Shown: positions 23,584-24,129 of the stretch, piece after piece
Numbering within the stretch: position 1 is the first letter of the stretch
Layout of the letters: the number at the start of each line of letters is the position of its first letter
Virus record (IMG/VR): IMGVR_UViG_3300017649_000017
Span: 1 to 24,129 of that record
DNA length: 24,129 nt
Source: a virus
Taxonomy: Duplodnaviria; Caudoviricetes
Reading direction: 5' to 3' (one strand)
Program-made: the position numbers and the translations under genes
The notes under the pieces: generated by a model
Database searches by the model: none
Seen by the model: the letters and a program-made list of their open reading frames with translations, nothing else
What the model was told of the DNA's origin: nothing

Positions 23584-24129
23584 GGGCCTGCTAGACCGGC
23601 GGCGTTTCAACGCTTGGCAGACCAATACCCACAAGGCGATCCACGCGGCAGTTGCCCGCGCGATGCGTGACAGCGGCAAGGATATGGCCGAACAGGTCCG
23701 CGGCGAGATGCGCGCCAGCTTCCGAACGGCCAGCCCCAAATTCCTGCGCTCCATGCACGCCAAGGTGTTCGACCGCAAAACCAATGCGTTCCCGGCCCTC
23801 TACCTCGGCTCGAAGGTGCCGTGGCTGGGCATCCACGAGCAAGGCGGAACGATCCGGGGGCGGATGCTGATCCCGCTGTTGCCTCAACACCGGCGCATCG
23901 GGCACAAGGCCTTCGCCCGGGTGATCGATGCGCTGATGCGATCCGGGAACGCCTGGTTCATCGAGAAGAACGGCCAGCAGATCCTGATGGCCGAGAACCT
24001 TGCCGAGAACGCCCGGCCGCTCACGCGCTTTCGCCGCGCCGAGCGCGAACGCAGCGGCGCAAAGCGCCTGCGGCGCGGCCAGGAGATTCCCATCGCCGTG
24101 CTGGTGCGGCGCGTGAGCTTGAGAAAACG
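23561..24129 (+). CDS. DUF6441-like basic phage tail-region protein, 3'-truncated
   Basis: ATG 23561, open to window end: MKIDLVAEGLLDRRRFNAW...WLGIHEQGGTIRGRMLIPL...EIPIAVLVRRVSLRK. Confidence 0.72.
   Translation, partial: MKIDLVAEGLLDRRRFNAWQTNTHKAIHAAVARAMRDSGKDMAEQVRGEMRASFRTASPKFLRSMHAKVFDRKTNAFPALYLGSKVPWLGIHEQGGTIRGRMLIPLLPQHRRIGHKAFARVIDALMRSGNAWFIEKNGQQILMAENLAENARPLTRFRRAERERSGAKRLRRGQEIPIAVLVRRVSLRK

Larger units (their letters stand above)
1..24129. mobile_element. Lambda-like (GpA terminase, cos-type) temperate prophage, internal segment; both ends lie outside the window
   Basis: Contiguous replication, packaging, head and tail genes in lambdoid order with frequent ATGA/TGATG stop-start coupling; no host housekeeping genes. 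Confidence 0.95.

Overview
This window is the central part of a GC-rich, lambda-like (cos/GpA-type, long non-contractile tail) prophage, probably from a betaproteobacterium; host assignment is inference from GC-rich codon usage and gene content. Left to right: two uncharacterised genes (first truncated); an early replication/recombination operon (HTH, AAA ATPase, SSB-like, P63C, DUF6511-like, Cas4-like PD-(D/E)XK nuclease, small HTH, P4-family primase-helicase, candidate origin, RuvC-like resolvase, DUF6362-like regulator); a non-coding block with a lambda-like cos candidate and an intrinsic terminator; two tandem ParB-N/DNA-methyltransferase fusions; four small reverse-strand genes, each preceded by the same ~30-bp motif; then terS, terL, gpW-like, portal, S49 protease, decoration, major capsid, neck, tail tube, tail chaperone with a -1 slippery site, and a truncated DUF6441-like gene. 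The most notable signals are the repeat-delimited single-gene cassette array between the cos candidate and terS, an apparently overprinted 48-aa membrane peptide inside the capsid protease gene, a CTG-initiated methyltransferase, and a 17-bp inverted repeat enclosing a Z-DNA-prone tract after the primase. No integrase, lysis genes, RNA genes or CRISPR array are visible. All family names are from motif recognition, not database searches.
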